The position numbers and the translations under genes were made by a program. From the NCBI GenBank assembly GCA_048938105.1, contig JBHLMN010000024.1:1-64000 (forward strand): a stretch of DNA of 64,000 bases, given 5' to 3'. Under the pieces are notes generated by a model. That model was not told the origin of the DNA. It saw nothing but the letters and a program-made list of their open reading frames with translations, and searched no databases. Every line of letters begins with the position of its first letter. Within the stretch, counting starts at the first letter, position 1. The stretch is from Promethearchaeota archaeon (GTDB lineage Archaea > Asgardarchaeota > Heimdallarchaeia > Hodarchaeales > Hodarchaeaceae). This document shows positions 18,487 through 29,890 of the stretch, piece by piece.

Positions 18487-19167
18487 ATGAAACCTCTGAT
18501 AACATTGTCTTTGGGTGGAAGTGTCATCAACCCTGGTAATATTGATCGTAAGTTCCTTGAAGATTTTTCTATCGCGATTAAAGAGCTCGTTCACCAAAAA
18601 AAATTTATGATTGTCTGTGGTGGTGGAAAAGTTGCCCGGCAATACATCTCAGGGTTACCTGGTGGACTAACTGAAGGTGAACGTGATTATATGGGAATTG
18701 CTGCTACTTGGCTTAATGCCCAGCTATTAACCTACTATTTTAAGGGATATTGTTCACCTATCTTACCTACTACTGTAAAAAAATTAACAAAAGATCTTCA
18801 GAAGTATGATATTGGTATATCTGGAGGATTTTTAACTGCTATTAAAACAGATGAAGATGCAGCTATTCTAGCTGATTTATACGGTTCTCCTATCCTTGTA
18901 AACGTAACGAATGTTGATGGTATTTACGATAAGGATCCGAACCAATATTCTGATGCCAAAAAATTCGATGAATTGACTTATCATGAATTTTATGAAATTG
19001 TGTCTCCTTTGTCTTTAGGTGCAGGATCAAATGCCCCTTTTACTCTTATTGCTGCAAAAATATGCGAACGCTCAAATATTCGTATCATTATTACAGATGC
19101 TAATGCACCTAAAATCAAAAAAGCCATCCAGGGGGAGAATATTGGAACAATAATTCAAAACAAATGA
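18487..19167 (+). CDS. pyrH: UMP kinase
   Basis: SLGGSV, VCGGGKVARQYI, TNVDGIYDKDP. Confidence 0.92.
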   Translation: MKPLITLSLGGSVINPGNIDRKFLEDFSIAIKELVHQKKFMIVCGGGKVARQYISGLPGGLTEGERDYMGIAATWLNAQLLTYYFKGYCSPILPTTVKKLTKDLQKYDIGISGGFLTAIKTDEDAAILADLYGSPILVNVTNVDGIYDKDPNQYSDAKKFDELTYHEFYEIVSPLSLGAGSNAPFTLIAAKICERSNIRIIITDANAPKIKKAIQGENIGTIIQNK

Positions 19168-19173
19168 AAACAT

Positions 19174-20175
19174 ATGATAAATCATAATCTCATCTTAAAT
19201 GGTTACTCGAAAACTTCGACCAGATTTCCTTATTGTGTTCCACCCCAAACATATGGAACATCATTATTTTGGGCTGAAGAGTACTGGACTGTTAGACGAA
19301 TTCAAGAATTGAAAAAAAAATACCCATATATCGATTTCTCTGGGCTTATTGATCCCTATTTCAATCAGAATTTCCATACTTTACTCAAAAACTCTATTCA
19401 TAAAAAAATTTTAGGTTCTAAGAGCTTTACGGATATTTCTGAAGTGAGTTGGGAGGATAACCGCCGTGTCATTAATATTGCGACTTCTCATGCTCCCTCT
19501 CGTTATATAGCATTAGACTATTTAGAGAAATTTAGAGATAATTTTGGTATAATTACACTTGATGCTCATCTTGATCTATCAGATTCTCAAAAAATGCATG
19601 GAGCATGGATTAATAAAAAACTTGCAGGTATAACTGCAGTGATTGGGGGATGGGCAGAAACAAGTTATGATATTGATGATTCTGATTCTTCTCTTGCTTT
19701 TTTCGCACCAAATATGGAGAGTATTAGCTCGAATCGTGAATTTCTTTCCTGGTTGAAAGGTAAAAAGATTTATGTAACTTTAGACTTGGATTACTATCAG
19801 CTTTCTCAGGCTGCTTTTTTAGGTTATTCAAATTATTGGCATAGAAACAAGATTATAGGGCATTCAATGAATATAGAACAAATATTATTAGTTCAAAGCT
19901 ATAAAAATCAATTAAATTCCCCTATTCCATTAGGTAAATACTTACATTTTTTCCCAGATTTAGAGGTTTTTGAAAAAAATAAGAAACTCAGTTTAAAAAA
20001 ACAATCTGATGAAATCTTTGTTACTCTAAGAGATGTTGCGAGGCTATGCCAGAAAAATTCTGCGTGTCTTCTCAGTATTGATATTGTAGAATACTCACCA
20101 GTTTGTGATTGGCAACAACTGACAATAAGGGAATTTATGGAAAACTATTCCAGATATATGGCTATCATCGATTAA
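19174..20175 (+). CDS. Divergent arginase/ureohydrolase-fold protein
   Basis: LDAHLD, YVTLDLD, DIVEYSP metal-binding motifs. Confidence 0.65.
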   Translation: MINHNLILNGYSKTSTRFPYCVPPQTYGTSLFWAEEYWTVRRIQELKKKYPYIDFSGLIDPYFNQNFHTLLKNSIHKKILGSKSFTDISEVSWEDNRRVINIATSHAPSRYIALDYLEKFRDNFGIITLDAHLDLSDSQKMHGAWINKKLAGITAVIGGWAETSYDIDDSDSSLAFFAPNMESISSNREFLSWLKGKKIYVTLDLDYYQLSQAAFLGYSNYWHRNKIIGHSMNIEQILLVQSYKNQLNSPIPLGKYLHFFPDLEVFEKNKKLSLKKQSDEIFVTLRDVARLCQKNSACLLSIDIVEYSPVCDWQQLTIREFMENYSRYMAIID

Positions 20176-20249
20176 CTAGGTTTTTTTATAAAGCATTTAA
20201 TTAATGAAATGCGGAGGAATTTGAAAAAGATCAATATAGGTGATGTGGG

Positions 20250-21491
20250 ATGAGCTATAAGCAGTATAAACTTGAGAAAATGCTCACTAATTTACAAAAG
20301 AAGGAATCACCAGATGGTAGTACTTGTTTAATATCGTTGTATGTGCCTCCTAACAGAGCTATCGCCGATTTTGTCCAAGAATTAACAGATGAAGTAGGTA
20401 CTGCAACAAACATTCGTAGTAAGTTTACCCAGAAGAATGTTGTTTCAGCATTAAGAAATGTAATTGGAAAACTTAAACTGTATGGGCATAAATCACCGGA
20501 GTCAGGAATAGCAATTTTTGCTGGAGCGACCGCTGATTCTGGTCATAAAGATTATAAGATCGAATCTTATGTTTTTGAACCTCCTGATCCAATATCTCGT
20601 AAGTTATATGTGTGTGATAATCGCTTTCATGTTGATCATTTAATAGACCGGTTGGTTGAGAAAGATATATACGCCTTGCTAGCTATTGATAGTGCTAAAG
20701 CTACGATAGCAACATTGAAAGGAGATCAAATTGAGATAGTGAAAAGTACCCGAAGTGGGGCTGCAAAAAAGCATCGCAAAGGAGGTCAAAGTAGCGTACG
20801 ATTCGCTAGGTTACGTGAAGAAGCAGTTGCACGATTTCTGAAGCGGGTTGCAGATGATATGAAACAGGTTTTTATTGAGGAAGCTCAGTTTGAATTAAAG
20901 GGAGTGATTGTTGGAGGGCCAGGCCAAATAAAAGATCAAGTTATTGAACATTTTGATAACAGATTGAGGGATAAAATTGTAGGAATTAAAGATCTAGGAT
21001 ACGGAGGAGATAAGAGCGGGATTAATGAACTTGTGGCTGAATCTGGAGATATCTTAGAGGGTGTTGTCCTTATCGAAGAAAAACGATTGGTTCATCAATT
21101 CCTAGATGCTTTAATGGAGGGAAAAGCTAATTATGGGGAAAAAGAGGTTCGTGAAGATCTTCGAATGGGGGCAGTAGATATTCTATTAATTTCTAAGGGA
21201 ATCGATTTAGCACGAGTGGATCTCGAATGTCAGAATTGCGGATATAAGGAAGAGAAAACTTTGAAACCAGTTGAAGTAGAAAATTATGTATCCATTTTTC
21301 AAAAACAACAATGTCCTCAGTGTAAAGTTATTAATTGGGAAGTAGATCATAAAGATCTTATTATGGATCTGGGAGACTTAGCTGAAAAAACTGGTGCTAC
21401 AATTGAAATAATCAATCCACAAACTGAAGAAGGACGGCAAATACAAAATTTTGGAGGAATTTGTGCAATTTTAAGATATGTACCCTCATAA
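20250..21491 (+). CDS. prf1: Peptide chain release factor aRF1
   Basis: ATNIRSK (NIKS-like), YVCDNRF, GGQS motif. Confidence 0.95.
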   Translation: MSYKQYKLEKMLTNLQKKESPDGSTCLISLYVPPNRAIADFVQELTDEVGTATNIRSKFTQKNVVSALRNVIGKLKLYGHKSPESGIAIFAGATADSGHKDYKIESYVFEPPDPISRKLYVCDNRFHVDHLIDRLVEKDIYALLAIDSAKATIATLKGDQIEIVKSTRSGAAKKHRKGGQSSVRFARLREEAVARFLKRVADDMKQVFIEEAQFELKGVIVGGPGQIKDQVIEHFDNRLRDKIVGIKDLGYGGDKSGINELVAESGDILEGVVLIEEKRLVHQFLDALMEGKANYGEKEVREDLRMGAVDILLISKGIDLARVDLECQNCGYKEEKTLKPVEVENYVSIFQKQQCPQCKVINWEVDHKDLIMDLGDLAEKTGATIEIINPQTEEGRQIQNFGGICAILRYVPS

Positions 21492-21511
21492 GGGAAATGG
21501 CAAGAATTAAA

Positions 21512-21604
21512 TGCGCCGACCGGGATTTGAACCCGGGTAGCCAGCTTTCTCCTTTTTAATTGGAATGGAAGGCTGGAGTCCTAACCAGACTAGACTATCA
21601 GCGC
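21512..21604 (-). tRNA. tRNA-Gly(TCC), intron 37/38 (21547-21565, 19 nt)
   Basis: CCAGC-CTTCCA..A-GCTGG anticodon arm; 74 nt after splicing. Confidence 0.92.
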
Positions 21605-22057
21605 TGGGTGTTAAGCAATAATTCCATTTTGTTTTCAATAAGAAATTTTCCACATTATATAGGTTTTTCCTTCTATTTAAGATAGTTTAATGGTAATTCT
21701 TAAGGATTTTTAATTGTTTAATGATTTAGATAGTCACCATATCTATTATTGATTTCTCTGATAAGCAGTTGGAATTAGAAGAAAGCTAGGATGTATTTGT
21801 ATTGTCTATATTTACTTTTAAAGTCTTTTCAGCTATTTAGCGTAAATATTTTCTTCTAGAATTCCTTCAAAGGCTCAATAATCTTGTCTTTCTCTGACTA
21901 GAATTCCTTTTTAATGGTTCAAACAAATCTGAACAAAATCTTTCAAAAAAGACGAAGAAAGGCGTTTTTAAGGAATGTTTTTTAAACTTCCCTTTTTAAG
22001 CAAAATTCGATGAAAAAGGCTTTAATTTGAGCCCAATCCTTGGAGTAAGGAAAAATA

Positions 22058-22609
22058 ATGCCCCTAAAACGCATTCGATGCCTGCTAATTTGCATTATGA
22101 CTGTGATTATCCTTATCAATGTCGTCTCCAGTTCAATGATTTACACTTTGCATAATTCAGAGGATAAGAAATCCCCATCTTATAAAGTTGAAAACAATTC
22201 TGAAACATGCTTCTTATCAATTAAAAATAAGATTCCAATGGCTGTTTCGCAAGATGATATAACAAATACGACTGCAGCTCCTACTGATACAACAACACCA
22301 ACTAATACTACAACAACAGCAACTGAGGAGACAAATACAACAGATACAGCTGACTTTCCTCCTTGGGATCCCCATATAAATTTTCTCGGAACTGACATCT
22401 ATTTGTTTGACAACAACTTATATTATGGTCTCGCATTAATTTTTTCGATTCTGGGAATTTTATCAACTTTGTGGTTAGTTTTCTTTGTAGAAACTAGCAA
22501 AGAACGTACAATTCGTGAACGGATAATTGGCTCCACAATTCGTTTAGTTCTAATGAGCTTATTCTTAGGTTTAGCTTTGCATTTTTGGATTCTTTTCAAA
22601 CCAATTTGA
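22058..22609 (+). CDS. Membrane protein with signal peptide, Thr-rich linker and 2 C-terminal TM helices
   Basis: Hydrophobic N-terminus, TTAAPTDTTTPTNTTTT, two hydrophobic C-terminal segments. Confidence 0.65.
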   Translation: MPLKRIRCLLICIMTVIILINVVSSSMIYTLHNSEDKKSPSYKVENNSETCFLSIKNKIPMAVSQDDITNTTAAPTDTTTPTNTTTTATEETNTTDTADFPPWDPHINFLGTDIYLFDNNLYYGLALIFSILGILSTLWLVFFVETSKERTIRERIIGSTIRLVLMSLFLGLALHFWILFKPI

Positions 22610-22835
22610 TTCTTCGTTCTATTGTTTATAACTGAACCCCAGAAAGACGATACATAGAGAAAAAAACAATAAATGAAATTGATTTGTCTCAATATTGGTT
22701 CATTAGTTTTTAACTAAGTATTTCAAGTTGCTAAAGAGTTTTTCCTTTAATAGAATAAATATCCAACCATAAGCTTTTTTAATAGCTAATCGGGAAGTAA
22801 CATGATTTTTTTCCTGTCAGTGCAATTGTCATCAA

Positions 22836-23165
22836 TTGTATGGGAGAAATCATTTGTCGCTACTAGATCACTATCTTCAAGAGGAAAAATCTTATTGGAG
22901 CATACAGGCTCTCCTAAGAAAAGCAATATGCAAGGGGAAATGGGTGTTGCTGTATGGTAGCCGAGTAATTGCTGTTTCAGAAACAAGAGACGAAATTGTA
23001 AGTCATTTTCACGATTTTTCTGAAAAATTAGATCCGAGGCACCATCTTCCCGGGGCTATCTGTGTACAGGTAGGGAATGAAAATAAATTCTACAGGATTC
23101 CAGTAGAAGAGGAAGAAGAGGACGGAAAATCGGAACGTATTGAAAAACTGGTGACTCAGCTTTAA
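22836..23165 (+). CDS. Hypothetical protein (DUF5678-like)
   Basis: KGKWVLLYGSRVIAVSETRDEI pattern; start uncertain. Confidence 0.5.
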   Translation: MYGRNHLSLLDHYLQEEKSYWSIQALLRKAICKGKWVLLYGSRVIAVSETRDEIVSHFHDFSEKLDPRHHLPGAICVQVGNENKFYRIPVEEEEEDGKSERIEKLVTQL

Positions 23166-23216
23166 TAGGAAGTTACTGATAACTAATATGTGAGGGGAAA
23201 ATGCTGTTCATAGTCT

Positions 23217-25046
23217 CTATTCAACTGTTACTGTTTTGGCCAGATTTTTTGGCTTATCAGGATCAAAACCACGTCGAACAGCAGTGTAATAAGCAAGCAT
23301 TTGTAAAGGTAATATGTGGGTCACAGGCCTAAGTAGAGGCATAGAAGTTTCAGGTAGAATAAATGAATAATCAGAGCGGTTTATGATAGCATGGTCTTGT
23401 TCTGTTACTGAAATGATGTATGCACCTCGTGCGATCATTTCTTCAGTGTTACTTAGCATTTTTTTAGCGGTCCAATCATTTGGAGCAATCATAATTACTG
23501 GAAAATTTGGTTCCACAATCGCGATAGGACCATGCTTACTTTCGCCTGCAGGAAACGCTTCTGCGTGGATATATGAAATTTCTTTGAGTTTTAACGCACC
23601 TTCTAGAGCGATAGGCATATTAAAACCCCTTGCGAGAAAATATGCATGATCTTGATTTGAAATCTTTGAAGCTAATCTCTTAGCTTTGAATTCATTTTGA
23701 TTGATGATTGTACGAGTTATTTGTGGCGTTTTTGTGATGAGATTCTCAAGATTACGAGTGAATTCACTTGTGTTTGTAAGACCAATATCATGTTCTACTT
23801 GAAGTGCTAATCGTGCGAGGAGAGCTACTTGTGCAGTATGAGTTTTGGTTGCAGCAACACCAATTTCTGGTCCAGCTTTCGTATAAAGAGAAATTTGACT
23901 ATAACGCGGAATGGAGGAGTCAATAACATTTACTATTGAAATAATTGAGGCACCTAGTTTACGAGCTGGCGTTAATCCTTTCATCACATCCAGAGTTTCA
24001 CCAGATTGGCTAATTGCTATGATTAAAGTATCTTCATCAATCAGATGAGAGTAAGTTTTATATTCAGAAGCAATCACTTTATACAATGGTTTTTTTTTCA
24101 GAATTCGATGAAATTGGTGGTAACCTGTCAGTCCTGCATGATAGCTTGTCCCGCAAGCTAAAAATATGATTCTTTCTGAGTTTATTATCTTGTTAGAGGC
24201 TTTCATAATTGCAGCTGGGTCTGTTTTTAACGTATTTTTAAGAGCGATTGGTTGTTCATGGATTTCTTTTAACATAAAATGGGGATACCCACTTTTTTGC
24301 GCACTCTCGGTGGTCCAAGATATAATAACAGGTTTTGGTTGAACTCTACAACCATTTTTCTCAATATAAACGTTTTGAGGGGTTAAGGTGGCAATTTCAC
24401 CATTTTTCAGAACGATTACCTTTTTGGTGTATTCTAAGAAAGCAGGAATATCGCTCGCAGCAAATTTCATATCTTCCCTGACACCAATAACCAAAGGGCT
24501 ATCTTTTCGGGCTAAAAAGACTGTTTCAGGTTCTTTAGAGTAGATTAGGGTGATTGCATAAGTCCCTTCTATTTTATTCAAGACTCTCTTAAAAGCATTA
24601 ATAGCTAATGAATTTTGATTAGTCTGTTTCAATTCTTCCTCCATAAGATGAGCAATAACCTCAGAATCAGTTTCTGACGAAAATTTATGGCCATTTTCAT
24701 AGAGGGCATTTTTTAATTCTAAATAATTCTCAATGATCCCATTATGTACAACAATAATATTTCCTGTGCAATCAGAGTGCGGATGAGCATTTTCTCTGGT
24801 GATTGAGCCATGAGTAGCCCAACGAGTGTGGCCAATTCCGATTGTTCCTGGGAGATCCTCAAGGGATAATCTCCTATTGACTTTGTCAATAGTTCCAACA
24901 TCTTTTAACATTTCAATTTTTCCATTATTGATGGTAGCAATTCCTACACTGTCATAACCACGGTATTCAAGTTTTTTCAAACTGGTAGTGATCATTTTGG
25001 AGACATTAGTCTTTGAACTCGTTGTAATTGCAATGATTCCGCACAT
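23217..25046 (-). CDS. glmS: Glutamine--fructose-6-phosphate aminotransferase
   Basis: MCGI, LEYRGYDS, GHTRWATHG, SQSGET, PKNLAKTVTVE. Confidence 0.97.
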   Translation of the reverse strand: MCGIIAITTSSKTNVSKMITTSLKKLEYRGYDSVGIATINNGKIEMLKDVGTIDKVNRRLSLEDLPGTIGIGHTRWATHGSITRENAHPHSDCTGNIIVVHNGIIENYLELKNALYENGHKFSSETDSEVIAHLMEEELKQTNQNSLAINAFKRVLNKIEGTYAITLIYSKEPETVFLARKDSPLVIGVREDMKFAASDIPAFLEYTKKVIVLKNGEIATLTPQNVYIEKNGCRVQPKPVIISWTTESAQKSGYPHFMLKEIHEQPIALKNTLKTDPAAIMKASNKIINSERIIFLACGTSYHAGLTGYHQFHRILKKKPLYKVIASEYKTYSHLIDEDTLIIAISQSGETLDVMKGLTPARKLGASIISIVNVIDSSIPRYSQISLYTKAGPEIGVAATKTHTAQVALLARLALQVEHDIGLTNTSEFTRNLENLITKTPQITRTIINQNEFKAKRLASKISNQDHAYFLARGFNMPIALEGALKLKEISYIHAEAFPAGESKHGPIAIVEPNFPVIMIAPNDWTAKKMLSNTEEMIARGAYIISVTEQDHAIINRSDYSFILPETSMPLLRPVTHILPLQMLAYYTAVRRGFDPDKPKNLAKTVTVE

Positions 25047-25292
25047 TTTCTAAGTTTCAACCCTGATCTTCATCTGAATGGAATGAATGGCAATTAAAAG
25101 AATAATAAAAGCATTTAATATCCCAAAGTAAGGATTTATATTTTTTCGCTTTAGCTTTTCTTGAAGTTAAGAAAAAAACAACAATTCAAGAAGATAAAGC
25201 TACAGTTCTAAAAAGGAACTAATGGGTTTAATTACACTTGTTTTCATGAAAATAGTTTTTAATCCGAAAGTAAAACAACCTAACTAATCTTT

Positions 25293-25331
25293 GCAACTAA
25301 CTGATCTAGTTTATTTTGGATCAGTAATTGT
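25293..25331. promoter_or_regulatory. Inverted repeat between divergent glmS and ArsR-like regulator
   Basis: ACTGATC-N12-GATCAGT core with imperfect extension. Confidence 0.35.
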
Positions 25332-25390
25332 TAGAATTCTCAATCATACCTTAAAAACCAACAAAAATCTTCCGAGGGGATGATTTTTAA

Positions 25391-26293
25391 TTGATACGGA
25401 ATATGTACAAAGTTACACCAAAAAAGGCACAGATCTTAGCCCACGATATTCGGTGGCAAATAATGGAACTCTTGATTAATGACGAAACACTATATGCAAA
25501 AAGTATTGCTAAAATATTAGAGTTATCGGAACAGAAGGTTCATTATCATTTGACTCAATTACGTGAAGCAGGTTTACTTGTACCACTTGGAGTTCGACGC
25601 ATAAAACGAGGTCGTGCTAAGCTATTTAAACCCATAGCTAATCAATTTATCTTATCTTTGTCAAAAGAAGATAAAAATAACCACAAAACATCATTTGATA
25701 TGATTTTTTGTAAACAATTTTGTAATAACGGAAAATTCTTTGGTAAAATTGTGGTTGGTAGTGCGGAACCACATGGTAGGTACGATGCGATTTCACGTGA
25801 TGGATATCTTACAGGGGAGCTCTGTTGGTATTTAGGAAATCATGTTACGATGGAAAGTAGTTCTGTTCCTTATTATGTGAGTACAGACTTGAATCATGAT
25901 AAAGTAAATGGCAAAAAAAAGACTAATTTGATATTGATAGGAGGACATATCACCAATACCTTAACGGCCTTTTATAATGACATTCTTAAGTCTAAATTTG
26001 ACATCTATTTCAGTGAAAATCGAATTATGAGCCAAAAGAAAGATTTTTCTCACCCTGCCCATGGATTAATAGCATTGTTTAAGAATCCTGAAATGAGTAA
26101 TCTTTGGGTTCTCGTTTTAGCGGGAGTTCGTAGTTTAGGAACTCAAGCGGCAATTTATGCAATCATTTCTGATTATTGTGACTTATTGGCTGAAGATACT
26201 GAATTTGCTACAATTTTACATGGAAAAAGTCTCGATGGAAGGCGAATAAATGGAGTAACGAAAGTTTTGAGTAAGAGGATACCTTCGGATTAA
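25391..26293 (+). CDS. ArsR-family HTH regulator with C-terminal alpha/beta domain
   Basis: LAHDIRWQIMELL...SEQKVHYHLTQLREAGLL; NLILIGG. Confidence 0.8.
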   Translation: MIRNMYKVTPKKAQILAHDIRWQIMELLINDETLYAKSIAKILELSEQKVHYHLTQLREAGLLVPLGVRRIKRGRAKLFKPIANQFILSLSKEDKNNHKTSFDMIFCKQFCNNGKFFGKIVVGSAEPHGRYDAISRDGYLTGELCWYLGNHVTMESSSVPYYVSTDLNHDKVNGKKKTNLILIGGHITNTLTAFYNDILKSKFDIYFSENRIMSQKKDFSHPAHGLIALFKNPEMSNLWVLVLAGVRSLGTQAAIYAIISDYCDLLAEDTEFATILHGKSLDGRRINGVTKVLSKRIPSD

Positions 26294-26447
26294 TGCAAAA
26301 ATCGAATTTGCCTAATGCCTATAAGAGGTCTATTTCCTTGAGGAGATCAAAAACTTCAAAATATTGTTGAAATATCTGTCTATTACCAGAATGAAACAGC
26401 TTTTTGGCTTACTATGAAAAAAATAATGATGAAGAGATGGAGAAAGG

Positions 26448-27149
26448 TTGTCTGAAGTACAAAATTTACTAGAAAAAGCAATACAACAAAGAAGAAAAGT
26501 CCTTTCGGTTCAAGAATCCAAAAAAATATTATTACAAGAAGGTTTTCCAATAAATCCAACAGGTTTCGGAACCAACCTAGATGAGGTTCTGGCTGAAGCC
26601 CAAAAGATTGGATTTCCTGTTGTACTTAAAGTTAGTTCTCAAGAAATTATTCATAAGTCAGATATTGGAGGGGTTGTCACTGGAATCAGAAATGATCGTG
26701 ATCTTAAAGAGCAATATGAAATAATGCAACATAACATAGCCCAAAAAGCTGTTAATGCAAATATAGAAGGATATATTGTAGAAAAGATGGAATCTGGAAT
26801 AGAACTCTTAGTAGGTTCAACTCTTGATCCCATGTTCGGACCAATCTTGGCATTTGGTTTAGGTGGGATATATGTTGAGGTTCTAAAGGATGTTGTTTTC
26901 CGTTTGATCCCCATTAACCGAGAAGATGCAACAGAAATGCTTTCTGAAATAAAAGCAGCTAAAATACTAGATGGAATCCGTGGACAACCTCCTGTAAACA
27001 AAAAATCTTTGGTCGATTTAATGATGAAGACATCTGAGTTTATTGATCACCATACTGAGATCGAAGAGTTAGATTTAAATCCAGTCTTTGCTACAAAAGA
27101 GGGAGTATCGGTTGTAGATGCCCGAATTATTCTAAAGGTTGATGAGTAG
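26448..27149 (+). CDS. Acyl-CoA synthetase (NDP-forming) ATP-grasp (beta) subunit
   Basis: GFPVVLK, HKSDIGGV, FGPILAFGLGG, ELDLNP, VDARI. Confidence 0.92.
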   Translation: MSEVQNLLEKAIQQRRKVLSVQESKKILLQEGFPINPTGFGTNLDEVLAEAQKIGFPVVLKVSSQEIIHKSDIGGVVTGIRNDRDLKEQYEIMQHNIAQKAVNANIEGYIVEKMESGIELLVGSTLDPMFGPILAFGLGGIYVEVLKDVVFRLIPINREDATEMLSEIKAAKILDGIRGQPPVNKKSLVDLMMKTSEFIDHHTEIEELDLNPVFATKEGVSVVDARIILKVDE

Positions 27150-27543
27150 ATCGTGTATACCAGAATAAAAGAAAGCAGGAAATCGTCATTGTACTTCCTA
27201 ACACAGAAAATATGAGAGACAGAATCGAAAAAATGGAATATAAAGTTAAAAGTTTAAAAGTTTGAGCTAATAAAACTGGAATCAAAGCTACACCTCCTGC
27301 TAACACTAGTAATCGAAATAATGACTCTAATTGCGTTATTTCATGAACCATGTTTCTCTTATTCAAAAAATACCCAATAACAATGCTGATTATCGCCCCT
27401 AATAAAACTGGGATCCCCATTATAATCCACGTTTCGCTTCCAATGATGGTTAATCCAAACATTAGTACTAAAATCAAGCTAAATAAAAAAGAACTTGGAA
27501 TCAAAACAAGCTCGAATCGTTGAAACGATGTTAAAGACACCAA
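27127..27543 (-). CDS. Hypothetical membrane protein (4 TM)
   Basis: Four hydrophobic segments. Confidence 0.55.
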   Translation of the reverse strand: MVSLTSFQRFELVLIPSSFLFSLILVLMFGLTIIGSETWIIMGIPVLLGAIISIVIGYFLNKRNMVHEITQLESLFRLLVLAGGVALIPVLLAQTFKLLTLYSIFSILSLIFSVLGSTMTISCFLLFWYTRSTHQPLE

Positions 27544-27660
27544 AAAAACGGATCCTCATTTTTTTTTTCATAGAACAGATTTTTATCAAGATTTTAGGCA
27601 AACATAATATGATTTTCAATAGATAATAAAAGATTTTTTACTATCTTCTCAACTTTCTTA

Positions 27661-28044
27661 TTGAGGATCAATATGCAACAAAAGTCATCATATCCATTAA
27701 GTCGTATGCAAAAAGAGCTCCAATTGAAAGTACTCATCCATTTCGGGATGAATGAGGAAGTCATCGAGAGAATGGGTGATGAATCTTATGGGGATGCTCT
27801 TACAAATTCAAATGTCCTAGTTGTTCTTCAGTCCAATATGCCTCCGATGCCAATTCGGCTTTCTAATAATGAGATATATGAAATGATATTGCGAAACAAT
27901 AGGGGGATCGTGGCTAAAGAAGGAAGAGCTAATCGCTATCTTGTTGCTTTACGAATGGATGCCACCAATGTATTAGTAGCTATTGGTGATGATTTAGATC
28001 CTGGGTTAATTCTTTTTGAGCTTCTGCAGTTTCACAAAAAGTAA
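27661..28044 (+). CDS. Hypothetical protein, possible roadblock/profilin-like fold
   Basis: ~125 aa; C-terminal beta strands followed by DLDPGLILFEL helix. Confidence 0.45.
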   Translation: MRINMQQKSSYPLSRMQKELQLKVLIHFGMNEEVIERMGDESYGDALTNSNVLVVLQSNMPPMPIRLSNNEIYEMILRNNRGIVAKEGRANRYLVALRMDATNVLVAIGDDLDPGLILFELLQFHKK

Positions 28045-28100
28045 GATGAGATTCAAGTTTGTAAAATATTTGGATAAAGATAATATGAGCTGATAAATCA

Positions 28101-29153
28101 ATGTCACCTAAACATTTAGCAGTAAAACAACCTCAGATTACTTTAAATGACCGTTTGTTTGCGATCATCGTTCTTCTCAGACCACATCAATATTATAAGA
28201 ATTTTCTTGTAATCTTTGGTCTTTTCTTTTCTAGAAATCTGTTTCGAATTGACCTTTGGTTACCAATACTTCTGGCTTTTATCGCGCTTTGCCTTACTTC
28301 CTCTTTGAACTATCTAATAAATGATTTTCGGGATCGAGAACGAGATCGCCATCATCCTGAAAAATCTAACCGACCTTTTCCTTCTGGAAAGGTTTCTACA
28401 TTTTCAGGACTATTAATAGCCTTTTTCTTAGTTGTCCTCATAATAATAATTTTGATTATTCTCCCCCCTTCACCAATAGAACAGTTTAATCTAGAAGAAA
28501 TCTCATTATTGACAAATCAAGAAAGTGAAATAGAGCACGCTAGTGTTTCAATTCCCTCAAAAACAGCTTTTATTTTAGTTTTAGGAGGTTTCTTTGTTAC
28601 TAGCCAAGTTTATTCTCTTTTTTTAAAACAAATTGTATTTGCAGACACAATCATGATTTCTGTTAACTATGTCTGGCGAGCAATCGCAGGTGCCGTGCTT
28701 ATTGCGATCTCTGTCTCTCCCTGGCTTATTATTCTTTGTTTTATAACAGCGATGATGCTTTCATTAGCCAAACGGAAGGGTGATATATCAGTATTAAAAG
28801 AAAAGGCGAGTTTACATAAACAGGTTTTTAATATGTATACTCCAGAGCTCTTAGATCAGAGTTTAGCAACTATCACTGCGATTGAACTTCTTGCTGTATT
28901 TATCTATTTAGTAGAACGTCATCCATACGAAACAGTATTTATTGTACTCGCACTCCCTTTATTTACCTTTGGAATCTTCCGATATCTATTTTTAGTATCT
29001 AGTAATAGCATTATAGGTCGTAGAGCTGAACGATTGTTCTTTGATAAACAGCTATTATTAGTAGGAGTAATCATAATTCTACTTTTTTTCACTGCAATCT
29101 ATTTTCCCAACCTTCTTGATAATATATTAGGAATTCCAGATCCTAAATTCTGA
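28101..29153 (+). CDS. UbiA-family prenyltransferase (polyprenyl-phosphate phosphoribosyltransferase type)
   Basis: LLRPHQYYKN, YLINDFRDRERDRHHPEKSNRP, SPWL, LAKRK. Confidence 0.88.
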   Translation: MSPKHLAVKQPQITLNDRLFAIIVLLRPHQYYKNFLVIFGLFFSRNLFRIDLWLPILLAFIALCLTSSLNYLINDFRDRERDRHHPEKSNRPFPSGKVSTFSGLLIAFFLVVLIIIILIILPPSPIEQFNLEEISLLTNQESEIEHASVSIPSKTAFILVLGGFFVTSQVYSLFLKQIVFADTIMISVNYVWRAIAGAVLIAISVSPWLIILCFITAMMLSLAKRKGDISVLKEKASLHKQVFNMYTPELLDQSLATITAIELLAVFIYLVERHPYETVFIVLALPLFTFGIFRYLFLVSSNSIIGRRAERLFFDKQLLLVGVIIILLFFTAIYFPNLLDNILGIPDPKF

Positions 29154-29326
29154 TGGTCATCAGAAAGTGTATACAGACAAGTTCCTACATTAGAAATAGT
29201 ACAAAATCAAAGTAGGATCGTAAAAACCTCTGGAAAAAAAGCAATAAGCTGGAGAACCTTCATCTCCTATTAAAAATATATAGAAAAAAAGAGACAGAAA
29301 ACATTTAAGATTGATACTTTCAATCA

Positions 29327-29698
<372 letters not shown>

Positions 29699-29890
29699 TT
29701 TTAATTCATTCTCCAGCATTACTGTTCTATTTTAACCGCATTCCTACTCGTACAGTGAGGAATTAAGGATTATCTAGTGACAAAGATATATGGGCTTTAT
29801 TTTTATAAATATTTATTTCTCTTTTGATTATCTTTTAGGTATACTCTACTAATTCTTAAAACCAAGTAGAAGTCTATAAGAGGAAAATGA

